Below are positions 18,222-27,769 of a stretch of 64,000 nucleotides of DNA, piece after piece. The DNA comes from Polyangiaceae bacterium (GTDB lineage Bacteria > Myxococcota_A > Polyangia > Polyangiales > Polyangiaceae). Position 1 is the first letter of the stretch. Each line of letters begins with the position of its first letter. The stretch is from positions 92,477 to 156,476 of the forward strand of contig JANRKO010000092.1 of the NCBI GenBank assembly GCA_033763455.1, in the 5' to 3' direction. Under the pieces are notes generated by a model, which was given only the letters and a program-made list of their open reading frames with translations, was not told the DNA's origin and ran no database searches. The translations under genes were made by a program, and so were the position numbers.

Positions 18222-18637
18222 GCCTAATTCTGACACATCGGTTTTGTGTCGGCACGCAACGCGGCGATCTGGAGGGTGTTGGCGGTGTGTAAGTGCGTGA
18301 CGCAAGTGTCAGTGACAATGACGTCAGTGGCTGTGAGGTGGGCTTCATGCGAGGTGATGCAGTAGCAGGCTAACGTCACATCGTCGCAAATTGCTAGGCG
18401 CTTGCTATGGGCAGCCGGGTGAGTTGGAGCTAGAAGCTCATGGGAGGGGCTTGGTGTGTGAAAGGTATGTGTGCATTCGTGGGCTAACATCGAAGGTCGG
18501 CGTGGCTTCCTGATGACGCCCAATTCTGCTAAGCGAGCACTTTTAGGCCACTTGTCGCTGCTTCTTGGCCAAATACTGCGAGCATTAGTCGGGGTGGTGG
18601 CCAGATAGTGCTCGGGGCAGCTGGTATGGTTTGCTGC

Positions 18638-19624
18638 ATGCTCAGATGCATCAGCCTGGTTGCTCTTCTTGCGTTTGTTGGATGTGGGCCCAATCAAGGG
18701 GACAACCGCTTGTTGTCAGTGGGCGGCGGAGCGAACTCCAGTGGCTCTGCTAGCGCGGGGGGAGCCTCGAACATGGGGGGACGGCCAGGAGTGGGAGGCG
18801 CCGCTCAGTCGAGCGGTGGAGCTACTCACGCTGGCGGAGCGCCGAGCGCAGGCGGAACTACCAGCGCCGGCGGGCAGGCGATCACAGGTGGCACAACGAA
18901 CGGCTCCGGCGGAACGCCCGCAGGTGGAACCTCTAGCGCCGGTGGCACTCCGAATGGCTCCGCCGCTATCGGGGGCAATTCCAATCCATCTTCCCCTTTT
19001 GATCCGTGCCCTCCCGCGCCAACCCCCTGCGCGATCATGGCGCTCGGTGACTCCATCACGGATGGGTATTCCGCGTCGGATGGTGGAGGCTACCGCGTGC
19101 CGTTGTTTCGTTCGGCGTTAGCCGACAACAAGCACATCACCTTCGTAGGTTCCGGCAGTGGCGGTCCAGCCACCGTTGAGGGGGTGGCTTTTCCAGATGC
19201 GCATGAGGGTCACTCTGGAGCCGCCATCGACGACCTCGTGCAATATGCGCCCAATGCCTCTGGCGCCCAGATTGTCCTCGTAATGGCTGGAACTAATGGC
19301 TGCGAGAGCGGGGAGCTGATCGATTGTTATGCCAAGTTGTTGGAGGCACTCTTCGCCGCGGCGCCCAACGCACTGATCGTTGCGGGAACCGTGATCCCCA
19401 CCAACCCCGACGGCTTCGCGACTTTCAACGCGCAGATCCCGCAATTGGTGACCAGCCTGGCCGCATCCGGCAAACACGTTGTAATGGCGGATCTTTACAC
19501 GCCGTTCCTCGCCAAGGCTGATTACGGCACCGCATACCTAGTGGATTACGCGCACCCGAATGACGCCGGTTACCGTGTAATGGCCGACGTTTGGTACGGG
19601 GCCATCAAGGGCGTTTTGCACTGA
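18638..19624 (+). CDS. SGNH/GDSL hydrolase lipoprotein with Gly/Ser/Thr-rich linker
   Basis: Lipobox-like FVGC, LGDSIT, HEGHSG, AGTN, DYAHPNDAGY. Confidence 0.88.
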   Translation: MLRCISLVALLAFVGCGPNQGDNRLLSVGGGANSSGSASAGGASNMGGRPGVGGAAQSSGGATHAGGAPSAGGTTSAGGQAITGGTTNGSGGTPAGGTSSAGGTPNGSAAIGGNSNPSSPFDPCPPAPTPCAIMALGDSITDGYSASDGGGYRVPLFRSALADNKHITFVGSGSGGPATVEGVAFPDAHEGHSGAAIDDLVQYAPNASGAQIVLVMAGTNGCESGELIDCYAKLLEALFAAAPNALIVAGTVIPTNPDGFATFNAQIPQLVTSLAASGKHVVMADLYTPFLAKADYGTAYLVDYAHPNDAGYRVMADVWYGAIKGVLH

Positions 19625-19708
19625 ACGTTGAACGTCAGCGGGCAATTCGGGCCCGCCCACCCCACCTTCCAGTTGCCTTCGAGCGGGGACCTCCGTAAGG
19701 AGAGCGCC

Positions 19709-20410
19709 ATGGGCGCGCAGTGGAAACAAAAGGGCCGTGAGCAAGCAGCTGACTCAAAAGGTCGGCTTTTTACCAAACTCTCGAAGGAAATCATGGTGGC
19801 CGCGAAGGCGGGCGGCCCGGATCCGAATGCGAACTCTCGGTTACGCATTGCTATCGACCTCGCCAAGAAGAACTCGATGCCGAAGGACACCCTGGAGAGA
19901 GCGATCAAGAAGGGCGCGGGTCTCTTGGATGACGGTAGCCACTTTGAAACGGTGTTCTATGAAGGTTTCGCGCCGCATCAGGTTCCTGTCATCGTTGAGT
20001 GTTTGACGGACAATAAGAATCGAACAGCACCGAACATGCGGCTCCTGTTTCGCAAAGGGCAGCTGGGCGCTACAGGCTCGGTGAGCTGGGATTTTAAGCG
20101 AGTGGGTGCGGTGGAGGCGTCTCCCCCAGCCAAGGGAGAAGATCCCGAAGAGGCCGCCATCGAATGTGGGGCTCAGGAGGTTGCGCCCGCAGATGACGGC
20201 CAATTTCAGTTCATTACCGAGCCTCAAGATCTGGACGCTGTGAGCAAAGGCCTGTCGGCGCGCAGCTGGACAGTTACAGCCGCTAACTTGGTGTGGCTAC
20301 CCAATAATCCCGTCAGCCTACAAGGGGTCGAAAGAGACGAGGTGGAGGCTTTTTTGGCGGCACTCGATAACGACGACGACGTGCAGCGGCTTTACGTAGG
20401 GCTCAGCTAG
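19709..20410 (+). CDS. yebC: YebC/PmpR family protein
   Basis: MGAQWK..DPNANSRLR..MPKDTLERAI..YEG..TDNKNRT..DDDVQ. Confidence 0.92.
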   Translation: MGAQWKQKGREQAADSKGRLFTKLSKEIMVAAKAGGPDPNANSRLRIAIDLAKKNSMPKDTLERAIKKGAGLLDDGSHFETVFYEGFAPHQVPVIVECLTDNKNRTAPNMRLLFRKGQLGATGSVSWDFKRVGAVEASPPAKGEDPEEAAIECGAQEVAPADDGQFQFITEPQDLDAVSKGLSARSWTVTAANLVWLPNNPVSLQGVERDEVEAFLAALDNDDDVQRLYVGLS

Positions 20411-20484
20411 GCAGGGGTGCATTGGGCCAGGCCTTGAGCCAGCGCGGGTGCCCGTCGCGTGCGAGCAACGCCAAGAGTGTTCAG

Positions 20485-20557
20485 GTGTCTCCCCCGCCAG
20501 AGCGAAAGCGATTGGCCGGGGGGAGACACGCCGAGGCTCGGCGAGGCGAGAGGGGGC
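20485..20557. repeat. REP-like structured intergenic element, copy 2
   Basis: GTGTCTCCCCC-hairpin(GAAA loop)-GGGGGAGACAC..GAGAGGGGGC. Confidence 0.6.
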
Positions 20558-20656
20558 AGCTCAAGTAGGGAGTGTTTGAGGCGCTAGGGGGTGTGTTCGT
20601 TGACAACGATGCGTGTCTGCTTAGGCTCTTGGGTTGCGCACCACGGAGCCCCGACA

Positions 20657-21541
20657 ATGATCATCACGTGTCCAGGTTGCAACTCCCGCTACGATGTCAC
20701 GGGGCGAAAGGCTGGCACGCGCGCTCGTTGCCGCTGCGGCACAGTGCTGGCGATTCCGAAGGTCAGCGAATCGGCCGCAATGCTGAAATGCCCAGCCTGT
20801 GGGGCTCCTGCTTCTCCCGACAGCGTAAGCTGTACTTATTGCCACACGGCGCTCGCCGTGGTGGCCTGCCCGAGCTGTTTTGGTCGGGTATTTGTCGGCT
20901 CTAATAACTGCCAACACTGCGGTGCACAGATGCAGCTGGGAGCGCAAGCGCATCCAGAGGAAGCTTCCCAGCGCGAATGCCCGCGTTGTGCGGCGGGTCC
21001 CCCAGGCGCTGCACATTCATTGAATGGTGTCAGCTTATCGGCGCACTTGGTGGGTGAGACGTTGCTTGAGGGGTGCTCGGCATGCGGGGGAGTTTGGCTT
21101 GAGGCCACCGCTTTCGAAAACCTCATCAAGAGTCGCGACGAGCAAGGTGCTGTACTCTCAAGTAAACGGCCGTACCTTGAGCTCAAAGCGTTCGAGCGAA
21201 ACGGCAATGGGCTGGATGCCCCACGTTATGTGCCGTGCCCGGAGTGCCGGCAGCTCATGAATCGCAAGAACTTCGGTGAGATTTCCGGTGTTATTGTCGA
21301 CGTGTGCAAACCCCATGGGATCTGGTTTGATCGCGACGAACTTGGACGCATCATTCAGTTCGTGATGAAGGGTGGCCTCGATGAGTCGCGCCGCCGTGAG
21401 CTGGAGCGGATGGCGCACAAGCTCAGTGAGAAGCGGGCAGGGCTTCTGGCTATGAGCTCGCCGATGATGTCAGAGCCCAATCAGTACGATGTAGAATGGT
21501 TGGCCGACGTTGTCCGCCTATTTCGGCGCTATTTTCGCTGA
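20657..21541 (+). CDS. Multi-zinc-ribbon protein (two C-terminal zf-TFIIB-like ribbons)
   Basis: CPGC/CRC, CPAC/CTYC, CPSC/CQHC, CPRC/CSACGGVWL, CPEC/CKPHGIWFD. Confidence 0.85.
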   Translation: MIITCPGCNSRYDVTGRKAGTRARCRCGTVLAIPKVSESAAMLKCPACGAPASPDSVSCTYCHTALAVVACPSCFGRVFVGSNNCQHCGAQMQLGAQAHPEEASQRECPRCAAGPPGAAHSLNGVSLSAHLVGETLLEGCSACGGVWLEATAFENLIKSRDEQGAVLSSKRPYLELKAFERNGNGLDAPRYVPCPECRQLMNRKNFGEISGVIVDVCKPHGIWFDRDELGRIIQFVMKGGLDESRRRELERMAHKLSEKRAGLLAMSSPMMSEPNQYDVEWLADVVRLFRRYFR

Positions 21542-21647
21542 CTTGAGGAGAGGTATGGCCCGCCCTTTTTTAAGGGCACACCGTGACCACTTGGGCAGGT
21601 TGAACGCACCCTCCGTGGGGGTGGTGTAGGGCTTTGATGGCGTGATT

Positions 21648-23063
21648 TTAGGCGAAAAGCTCGGGGATTTTACCCGTGAGCTCGCCGTGCGTGTCGGATT
21701 GGAGGCCAACCGCCTGCATGGCGCTGATGAGCATATTGCAGGGGTGTTTGCCGTTGGCGATGATGTGCTTGCCGGGTTTCAATCCGCCCGCGCGGCCAGC
21801 GATCAGAGCAAACATGTTCTGACCCGAGTGCGGATCCCCGCCGTTTACCGGATCTTCGTTACCACCTTCGAACAACATGACCATGGCGGTGTTGTCGAGC
21901 ACTGTGCCGTTGCCTTCTGGGGTGTTCTTGAGCAGCCCCACGAGCTCAGCGAAGTGTTTTACGTGCCAAGCAGTGCAATCTGCGGTTTCTTCATCAGTGC
22001 CACCGCCGTGCCCGAGCTCATGCAGATCCGTCCTGTGGATGCCCATGAGCGCCTGGGTATCAATGAATGATTGGGCAAAGGTGTACGCCATGCTAATCGT
22101 GCGTGTTTGGTCACAAGCGAACGCCATGTGCATGAGGTTCGTCATGATGGGGGCGCGTTCGTTTTCACCGGAATAGCCGACTACGCGCGCCATATCGAAC
22201 ATATCGTACGTGGCAGTGTTGGTGGCAGGATCTGCGCCTGGGTCCGCCAATTGGGCGCAGGCAACGCCCGAGGCCTGCGCGCTGTTAGCGATCTGCATCT
22301 CGAGCGTACGAATTTCTTCAAAATGGCGCTGCAAGCGTTGCTTATCCGGCATGCTTAGCCGCCCGATGAGCGTTTCGGCTTGCTGCTTCACCAAATCCAA
22401 TACGCTGCGATCTCGCAGTAACTTTTGCTGGGCCACCGGATCGACCATGGTGCCGCCGCCTGGTGGCGTGAAACCTGTGAACAAGGCGTCGTAGGCAATG
22501 CGCGGGCTGGACTGCGGTTCGTTCGGCTGGAGCGTGTTGCCGTTTTGATTGTAGGAGATGATGCCCCAGGTGCCGTTGTGCTCGCGATATACCTGTGGCT
22601 GCACGCGGTATTCCAGCGAGCGGAACTTCGCGTTGCCTTTTAGTAGATCGGCCACTCGCTGATCGGCCGTGGGACCCTTGGGCCTCGGGCTGCCGTTGTC
22701 TGGCGTGGAGACGCCGCTGAGGAGCGGGCCGATGCTGCTAGCGTGCCAGATGCTTCCGCCGCCCCAGCTACCAGCCCCACTCGGAGGGATGGCGAGGCCG
22801 GTCACGACGGTGACGTCGTCTTTGACGTTCGCCAACGGCATGAGGGCTCGCTTGAGATCGTAGCCCGCACCGACGGTGGTGGGGGTGAAGGTGCTGGGGC
22901 CACCGCAGGTGACGCCCCCGAAGCCGACCATGAAGCGAAGGGGCGCCGTGGCAGCCTGCGCTGCAGCACCTTTGCCCGCCATGGCTTCAAGCCAAGGCAG
23001 AGCCACTACGGCACCGGCGCTGCCGGTGAGCAAGGTACGACGAGATAATAGGGATGATTTCAC
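21648..23063 (-). CDS. DUF1552 family protein (Tat signal)
   Basis: LSRRTLL..VALPWLEAM, TADQ, RSVLD, AFACDQTR, HELGH, EGNGTVLDNT. Confidence 0.88.
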   Translation of the reverse strand: MKSSLLSRRTLLTGSAGAVVALPWLEAMAGKGAAAQAATAPLRFMVGFGGVTCGGPSTFTPTTVGAGYDLKRALMPLANVKDDVTVVTGLAIPPSGAGSWGGGSIWHASSIGPLLSGVSTPDNGSPRPKGPTADQRVADLLKGNAKFRSLEYRVQPQVYREHNGTWGIISYNQNGNTLQPNEPQSSPRIAYDALFTGFTPPGGGTMVDPVAQQKLLRDRSVLDLVKQQAETLIGRLSMPDKQRLQRHFEEIRTLEMQIANSAQASGVACAQLADPGADPATNTATYDMFDMARVVGYSGENERAPIMTNLMHMAFACDQTRTISMAYTFAQSFIDTQALMGIHRTDLHELGHGGGTDEETADCTAWHVKHFAELVGLLKNTPEGNGTVLDNTAMVMLFEGGNEDPVNGGDPHSGQNMFALIAGRAGGLKPGKHIIANGKHPCNMLISAMQAVGLQSDTHGELTGKIPELFA

Positions 23064-24838
23064 GGGACCACCTGTGCTTTGAAGGGCTCAATTCTGCGAT
23101 ATCTGAAGGTTCCACTGCCTAGCCAATCCAGCAGCGCGTCGCGCAGGGAGAACTGGGTTCCATTGAAGTGTTCGCGCAGCGTCTTGAGCGCCGCGTCGTC
23201 GGTGGTGGCCTGGAGCGGTCGCTGCACCGTAAATTCATACAGACGTTGTGCCAGGCATTGACCGAGCCGGTCGTCAGCGACGAGCAGCTTGCTGAGCTCG
23301 CCGGGGCCGTTGAACGTTGTGCCGGTGGGCAACTGGCCCGCGCCAGTGATGGTACACTCAGGCCGGCCTTCGTCGGTTTCCCGGCGTTTGCCGCTTAGAT
23401 CGTAGTTCTCAAGACCAAAGCCAATTGGGTCCATCTGGCCGTGACACCCGGCACAGGTACCTGTGCTGTGAGCCGCGTACCGATCCTTTTTGCAGTTGGC
23501 ACCTGCAACCGGGGGCGGTGGCTGATCCGTATTGGCGACGCCGGGTGGTGGCGGGGGAACGGGTGAACATAACATGCGTTCAAGGATGTACTTACCTCGG
23601 CGAGTTGGGCTCGTATCGTTACCCTTGGCACCGTTCGAGAGAATGCTTCCTTGCGATAGCAGGCCGGTACGTGTGGCATCCGGGTAGGGCGTCCATGCGT
23701 AACCGCTTGCCGGTGCGGCCATGCCGTAAAGCGTGGCAAGCTCTTGATTGATATACGTATCGGTGGACTGGAAAAGATTAAACCAAGGCGACGGGGTATC
23801 GAACACCACTCGCTTCACCAATGCATCGGTTTCCGTGCGGAAAGCGAGGCTAAGGCTGGCCGAGTGAGGCAGCTGCTCGTAGCCGAACGACATAGCGTGA
23901 AAGCGCTGGATGCGGCTCACACCGCGCGGATCAGAAAGCAGCCTGAGCGCTTCCGTGCGGAAGCCCGCGGGTGTCCCGAGGGTGCCCTTCGCAACGCTAT
24001 CGAGTAGGGCTGCGTCCGGGGTTTCGCCCCACACGAGGTAGGAAAGGCGCGCTCCGAGCTCCCAATCGGTGAGCGAGACGAGATCTGTTTCCCCGGTCAC
24101 GGGGCTGCCGATCTCTGTTCGGTAGACGAACTCCATATTTTGAAGCACCGCCTGCACCACCATCTTTGCAGCGATGTAGAAGTCGTTACCCTGCTGAGCA
24201 AACGGCAAGAAAGCCACGAATGCCCCCACCTCCGCGTCAGAGAGTGGCCTGTGCAAAGCCTTTAGGCTAAAGCTTGCCACGAATTGCCGAAAACACGCCT
24301 CATCGTTGGCAGCGGCCGGCGTGCAACCTACAAGAGCCGCTTTTTGCTCCGGTGTCTGCATCGCTTTATCGGATGCAATCTCAGCGACCGCTCGGAGGCC
24401 CTGGATGAGCGTGGACGAAGGTGATTGGTAATCAGCTGCGTTGTCAAAAGGCGTAAAAGAATCCGGGGGCAGCACGCTCACATCGCCGCTCACGTCGATG
24501 TTCAAGAGGCTCTTGATGCTAGCGACGTATTCGGTACGCGTTATTCTGGGGATAGCCGTTGGCCCCAGTGTGGAGAGGCCAGCTGGCACCGGGGGAACCG
24601 GTGTGGTGTTGGAAGTTGTTGGTACGGTGCCGGGAGAGGCCCCTGTTCCAGTTCCTGGCCCGCCAAGGCCAGCGTTGCCCCCCGTACTTCCGGGAGTGCC
24701 GGGCGGGGTTGGGGTGGAAGAAGCCGCGGGCTTGCCTCCGGCACTGCGCCCCGCCTCGCCAGCGCAAGCGCAAACCGCCAAAATAGCCCAAATGGGAGCA
24801 GAGCGCGCAGAGCGCACCGTTCTTAGTAAACCGTTCAT
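23060..24838 (-). CDS. DUF1592/DUF1588/DUF1587/DUF1595/DUF1585 domain lipoprotein
   Basis: RITRTEY, FVYRTE, ELGARLSY, TSPTRRG, CAGCH..MDPIGFGLENYD..G. Confidence 0.88.
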   Translation of the reverse strand: MNGLLRTVRSARSAPIWAILAVCACAGEAGRSAGGKPAASSTPTPPGTPGSTGGNAGLGGPGTGTGASPGTVPTTSNTTPVPPVPAGLSTLGPTAIPRITRTEYVASIKSLLNIDVSGDVSVLPPDSFTPFDNAADYQSPSSTLIQGLRAVAEIASDKAMQTPEQKAALVGCTPAAANDEACFRQFVASFSLKALHRPLSDAEVGAFVAFLPFAQQGNDFYIAAKMVVQAVLQNMEFVYRTEIGSPVTGETDLVSLTDWELGARLSYLVWGETPDAALLDSVAKGTLGTPAGFRTEALRLLSDPRGVSRIQRFHAMSFGYEQLPHSASLSLAFRTETDALVKRVVFDTPSPWFNLFQSTDTYINQELATLYGMAAPASGYAWTPYPDATRTGLLSQGSILSNGAKGNDTSPTRRGKYILERMLCSPVPPPPPGVANTDQPPPPVAGANCKKDRYAAHSTGTCAGCHGQMDPIGFGLENYDLSGKRRETDEGRPECTITGAGQLPTGTTFNGPGELSKLLVADDRLGQCLAQRLYEFTVQRPLQATTDDAALKTLREHFNGTQFSLRDALLDWLGSGTFRYRRIEPFKAQVVP

Positions 24839-24985
24839 AGGCACCGCCGTTCAGCGTTCCAAGCTGACTTATGACCCGTTCCGAGTGTGAATCTCACTCG
24901 GCCCAGGGGAATTCCCAACTAACGACTACAGTGTAACAGAGGCCGTTAGCACGATAGTCTCGATTTGGGGGGATTTCGGGGCCCT

Positions 24986-25987
24986 TCAGGCTCTGGGATT
25001 AGCACTCTTCGCCCAGAGTGTGCGCCGCTCCACAGTGGGCATCGAGCCACCGGGATCGCCGTGGTGCCCTGTGGTTTTGAGGGCTTTACGGTGCCGAGCG
25101 CGAAAAAGACTCGGTTCAAAACCCGTGTTCTTGCGGAACATGCGGGCAAAGTAGTTTGCGTCGTCGATACCAACGCGCGCGGCGACTTCCCGGATTTGCG
25201 CGTCAGTATCACACAACAGAAATTCCGCTTTTCGCAGCCGAAGCTCCGTGACGTAGCCCATCGGCGAGAGCTCAAAACAATCCTGAAAGCAGCGGCCAAG
25301 AGCGCTGCGTGACATGTGCGCGCGCGCCACCAGCGTTTCAATTGTAATGGTCTCGGCGAAGTGTCGATCCAACCACTCAAGGAGGGCCGACAACCGCACG
25401 AGGCTTTGTGGCAGCTTTGAGGCCATGTCTTCGTAGCAGCGCGCTGTGCCAACCAATACTTCAACCAAAAGAGCCGTGCTGGCCGCTTGAAAGCCACTTC
25501 TCCTATTCAATACCTCTGCTTCTAGGCGGGCAAGGGTGGCACAGAAGTTCGTTAACGTTGCGTCGTCCACGTGCAAGCGCCCGCGGAACCCCTGGCGCGC
25601 ACGTGCGTAGGGCTCAACCTCAAAGAGCGCGCGATATCCAGGCATTTGCCGCAGCATCTGGTCGGGAAGCGGAAGGCGTGCGGGATCAAACATAACGTTG
25701 ATGAGCCCGAGATCTTCGCACTCGGCATAGCCGTGAATTGTTTTTACGGGCACCATGAAGATATCCCCTCGCCGAATGGGGAAAGATTGGCGTTCCAACA
25801 GGTGCTCCCCGCGCCCCCCCGTAACCAGCACGAGTTCGGCGTAATCCCCATGGCGGTGCAGGGAAATTGCTGGGTGATTCTCTACTGGAAACGCCGTTAA
25901 AGGAAAACTCCTTAGGCCCACCATGTAGCGGTTCGTAAGCTCAGTGTCTTGGTGGGGAACAGGCCCGGATTTTTCTGCCAGTGGCAT
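24986..25987 (-). CDS. AraC-family regulator (RhaR/RhaS-like cupin + HTH)
   Basis: HRHGDYAELVLV..G.G.H; C-terminal IREVAARVGIDDANYFARMFRK. Confidence 0.88.
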   Translation of the reverse strand: MPLAEKSGPVPHQDTELTNRYMVGLRSFPLTAFPVENHPAISLHRHGDYAELVLVTGGRGEHLLERQSFPIRRGDIFMVPVKTIHGYAECEDLGLINVMFDPARLPLPDQMLRQMPGYRALFEVEPYARARQGFRGRLHVDDATLTNFCATLARLEAEVLNRRSGFQAASTALLVEVLVGTARCYEDMASKLPQSLVRLSALLEWLDRHFAETITIETLVARAHMSRSALGRCFQDCFELSPMGYVTELRLRKAEFLLCDTDAQIREVAARVGIDDANYFARMFRKNTGFEPSLFRARHRKALKTTGHHGDPGGSMPTVERRTLWAKSANPRA

Positions 25988-26038
25988 ACGCAGCGGGGGA
26001 GTCTAGCAGAACCTAGGCGGTTGCGCTTTGGCCCGTGC

Positions 26039-26407
26039 TCACGTGTAGGCGTGGATGAGCTTGGCCACCAACTCATTTCGACGGGCAACACCAGCTTTCT
26101 TGAGGAGCCCAGTGACATGCGCTTCGATCGTTTTGGTTGCGCAGCCTAACTCTTCGGCCATTTGGCGATTGCTGAATCCTTGGATGGCGAGCGCTAACAC
26201 CTCACGCTGGCGGCGGCTTAGGTGCCACATTTCGGCGGCTTGGGCGACGCAAGCGCTCAGACGGAGCGCGGGCAGCTCAGGCGGGCTGGTGCGGGTGCGT
26301 TTCTCACTCTCGGGAGCATCACTGGGCAGGAGGCGCAGCGCCTCCATGGGGCTTGGAAGAGAGGCTGTTAGATCTGCATGGTCAACAAGGTTTTTGGCGG
26401 TGAGCAT
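26039..26407 (-). CDS. Stand-alone LuxR-type HTH regulator
   Basis: LSRRQREVL..GFSNRQMAEELGCATKTIEAHV..LLKK. Confidence 0.8.
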   Translation of the reverse strand: MLTAKNLVDHADLTASLPSPMEALRLLPSDAPESEKRTRTSPPELPALRLSACVAQAAEMWHLSRRQREVLALAIQGFSNRQMAEELGCATKTIEAHVTGLLKKAGVARRNELVAKLIHAYT

Positions 26408-26496
26408 TTGGCGGGTCCTTTTTTCTAGTGAAGTGGTTCAGACCACCTCCCTTCGGACACCCCTCCGCCGGGTTGCGTAAAATGCGCCTTAGCGAG

Positions 26497-27672
26497 CTAA
26501 AATGCGTTCAAGCCGGTCAATTCCTTGCCTAGAACCAACGTGTGGATCTCGTGCGTTCCTTCGTAGGTGTACACACTCTCAAGGTTCAGCATGTGACGAA
26601 TGGCTGGGTACTCGAGCAAGATGCCGTTAGCCCCCATGATCCCTCGGCACGTCCGGGCGATGTCTAAAGCCTTGCCAACATTGTTGCGCTTACACAGCGA
26701 TACCTGCGCTGGCAAAAGCTTGCCGTTTTTTTCTTTGAGGCGGCCAAAGTGCAAGGCCAAAAGCTCTCCTTTGACAATTTCGGAGGCGCAATCAGCAATC
26801 TGTGCCTGGATAAGTTGCTTCTGCGCTATGGGTACGTCGAATTGTACGCGTGTCTTGGCGTATTCCACCGCAGAATCTAGACAAGCTTTGGCCGCGCCGA
26901 TGGCACCCCAGGCGATGCCGAAACGCGCTTGATTCAGGCAGTAAAGTGGTGCACCCAAGCCTTGGCGCACTGGCAACCGTTGGCCATCGCTTACGCGGCA
27001 ATCGGTGAGCACGATCTCGCCTGTTTCGCTCGCACGGAGGCTCATCTTACCTTTGATTTTGGGTGTCTCGAAGCCAGGTGTGTTGCGTTCGACAATGAAA
27101 CCTGTGACCGATTCTGAGCCTCCGTCGTCGGTTTTTGCCCAGACCACCGCAAGGTGTGCCAATGGAGAATTTGTAATCCACATCTTCGTGCCATTGAGCA
27201 CCCAATCGTTACCATCGCGGCGCGCCCGCGTTTGCATCGACCCAGGATCGGAGCCGCTATCGGGTTCGGTTAGCCCAAAACACCCAATACACTTGCCCTG
27301 GGCCATATCTGGCAAGTAGCGGAGCTTTTGTGCCTCGGTGCCGAATGAATAAATAGCCTGCATCGCCAGAGAGCCCTGAACGCTCACGAAGCTGCGTAGG
27401 CCGCTGTCCCCATATTCCAGTTCTTGGAGAAGGAGGCCGTATTGCACGGGGCTCATGCCCGCACAGCCGTAGCCTGTGAGTGAAGCTCCCAGGAGGCCAA
27501 GCTCGGCCATCTCGGGGATCAAATCCACCGGGAAGAGCTCGTTTTCGTAGAGGTCCGCTGCGCGTGGCAAATACCGTTCGGCAACGAAGCGCCGTACGGT
27601 GTCGCGCACTAGGCGCTCCTCGTCTGTGAATTCAGAGTCCAGTGCGCCTAAGGGATCTGTAACCGAAGCCAT
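26497..27672 (-). CDS. gcdH: Acyl-CoA dehydrogenase, glutaryl-CoA dehydrogenase-like
   Basis: GDSGLRSFVSVQGSL, FGLTEPDSGSDP, ARFGIAWG, NLESVYTYEGTHEIH. Confidence 0.85.
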   Translation of the reverse strand: MASVTDPLGALDSEFTDEERLVRDTVRRFVAERYLPRAADLYENELFPVDLIPEMAELGLLGASLTGYGCAGMSPVQYGLLLQELEYGDSGLRSFVSVQGSLAMQAIYSFGTEAQKLRYLPDMAQGKCIGCFGLTEPDSGSDPGSMQTRARRDGNDWVLNGTKMWITNSPLAHLAVVWAKTDDGGSESVTGFIVERNTPGFETPKIKGKMSLRASETGEIVLTDCRVSDGQRLPVRQGLGAPLYCLNQARFGIAWGAIGAAKACLDSAVEYAKTRVQFDVPIAQKQLIQAQIADCASEIVKGELLALHFGRLKEKNGKLLPAQVSLCKRNNVGKALDIARTCRGIMGANGILLEYPAIRHMLNLESVYTYEGTHEIHTLVLGKELTGLNAF

Positions 27673-27769
27673 CTTGTTCAAGGTAACACCCTCTACCGCC
27701 CGCCCAAGTGCGGCTGAGCTAAGTGCCTGAAACTGGGCCAAAGTGGCTGAGGCAGGCTAGCCCCTTGGT

